DNA of 51,682 nt from Nitrospiraceae bacterium. Lineage in GTDB: Bacteria; Nitrospirota; Nitrospiria; Nitrospirales; Nitrospiraceae. Every line of letters starts with the position of its first letter. Positions within the stretch are counted from its first letter, which is position 1. The position numbers and the translations under genes were made by a program. The stretch lies in assembly GCA_023248355.1 (NCBI GenBank), contig JAHFES010000004.1, positions 1 to 51,682 on the forward strand, written 5' to 3'. The notes under the pieces were generated by a model. It saw nothing but the letters and a program-made list of their open reading frames with translations, was not told the DNA's origin and searched no databases. This document shows, in pieces, positions 50,617 through 51,682 of this stretch.

Positions 50617-51014
50617 TCGTGGCCGATACGAATCTGTTGATCTATCTCTATGTCCAGGGCCAACGGACAGAAGAGAGTGAAGCCGTGCTTCAACGGGATG
50701 CGGTGTGGGCCGCTCCGTTGCTGTGGCGATCAGAGTTTCGTAACGCATTGATCGGACTCGTTCGCGCAGGCGCGCTTCAGATTGATGAGGCCCTGACCAT
50801 GATTGACGAAGCCGAGCGCTGGTTGACCGGACACGAATATAGTATGCTGTCTCGCCATGTCATGGCGCTGGCCAGCCGGTCTGGCTGTTCAGCCTATGAC
50901 TGTGAGTTCGTGGCTCTCGCCCAGGATTTGGAGGTGCCCCTAGTCACGACCGATCGGCAGATCCTGAAAGCATTTCCAAGCATCGCCATGTCGCCGTCGG
51001 CTTTCACGGCCTGA
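50613..51014 (+). CDS. vapC: PIN-domain toxin
   Basis: MIVADTNLL, SEFRN, SAYDCEFVALA, LVTTD. Confidence 0.93.
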   Translation: MIVADTNLLIYLYVQGQRTEESEAVLQRDAVWAAPLLWRSEFRNALIGLVRAGALQIDEALTMIDEAERWLTGHEYSMLSRHVMALASRSGCSAYDCEFVALAQDLEVPLVTTDRQILKAFPSIAMSPSAFTA

Positions 51015-51026
51015 GCGTACATCACA

Positions 51027-51151
51027 CCATCCGCGGCAAGCGCCAGAGCGCGATGGAGAACTACACCAAGGCAGTGAAGTATTACCGAGACCTGGAAATG
51101 AGGAACGCGATCATGAACCAGCTCTTCCAGGAAGGGCAGGTCCCGGATTGA
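51027..51151 (+). repeat. 125-bp direct repeat, copy B (orphan TPR 3' end)
   Basis: Encodes IRGKRQSAMENYTKAVKYYRDLEMRNAIMNQLFQEGQVPD* without the rest of the gene. Confidence 0.9.
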
Positions 51152-51157
51152 CGAGCA

Positions 51158-51280
51158 CGGTTGCCCAAAAAGTTCATCCAACGAGGCCGCAGACGAGAGA
51201 AAACCGGAGGCGTAGCCTCTGGGCTACGTCGAGGATTTTTTCGAGCTGAGAACGACGTTGGGGAGCTTTTTCGGTAACCG
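51158..51280. repeat. ~120-bp palindromic intergenic element, copy 2
   Basis: CGGTTGCCCAAAAAG / CTTTTTCGGTAACCG termini; shares AGGCCGCA, GAGGCGTA, TACGTCGAGG and GAGAACGACG with 18464-18583. Confidence 0.8.
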
Positions 51281-51281
51281 G

Positions 51282-51551
51282 CTATAGTTCACGGATGGCG
51301 CCTTGAAGGACGGTGATCTGGGTGACCGTGTCGCCGGAAGATTTCAGTTCGGCCCGGATCTGATCTTTGAGGTAGGAGGAGTAGCCGATGCGATCGACGA
51401 GGAGATCAAGGAATCGTTCTGCCGGCAGCAGGCTCTGGGTCTTCAGTTCTTCGACCGTTTCATCGCCGACAGGAATGTACGTGCTGCCAATGTGGAAGAC
51501 CACATTGTAGTGCCGCCCCTTCCCGATGCGTTCGAACCGTAAGCCCTTCAC
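51282..51551 (-). CDS. hypothetical protein (89 aa)
   Basis: GTG 51551 with GAGGA upstream; MKGLRFERIGKGRHYNVVFHIG...; host-like codon usage. Confidence 0.7.
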   Translation of the reverse strand: MKGLRFERIGKGRHYNVVFHIGSTYIPVGDETVEELKTQSLLPAERFLDLLVDRIGYSSYLKDQIRAELKSSGDTVTQITVLQGAIREL

Positions 51552-51682
51552 AGATTCCTCACCATATGGTGCCAAAGAAGGCACTCATTCTAGACAAACG
51601 AGCACTGGAAGACAAGGTCTGAACCCTTGTTCCCGCATTGGAGGGGATCAGGCTGAAGGATAGACGTAGGGAAAGAGGGCAA

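Overview
GC-rich bacterial chromosome segment that spans the replication origin. It is most consistent with a Nitrospira-like organism, inferred from gene order and protein style only; no search was run. From left to right: (1) a four-gene phosphorelay (Cache sensor kinase, Rcp1-like receiver, REC-PAS-PAS kinase, NarL-type regulator) followed by a decaying accessory block (small Cys-rich proteins, GMP-like nucleotidyltransferase, DUF2934 pseudogene, truncated IS1182-type transposase); (2) lpxC behind a sigma54-type promoter; (3) a coiled-coil/winged-helix protein apparently co-transcribed with an unannotated 13-aa Lys/Ala micropeptide; (4) suhB, a CMD/AhpD protein, an orphan B12-type RiPP radical SAM enzyme with a pterin dehydratase and a ParB-like protein, an APC permease, PPK2, a methyltransferase and a macrodomain; (5) tmRNA; (6) a 12.4-kb co-oriented redox/efflux block (doxX-pirin-dsbA'-VOC-VOC-RND-nitroreductase-alkA-SDR-RidA-MFS) lying between smpB and ssrA; (7) dciA, gyrA, gyrB, dnaN, dnaA and oriC; (8) a DsrE/F/H-like trio, hisS, a tandem-domain thyX and a TPR gene; (9) a vapBC module flanked by a 125-bp duplication. 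Non-coding structure includes two co-varying copies of a ~120-bp palindromic element and several 7-/9-mer tandem-inverted spacers. No CRISPR array, rRNA or tRNA gene was seen. All family assignments come from motif recognition by eye.
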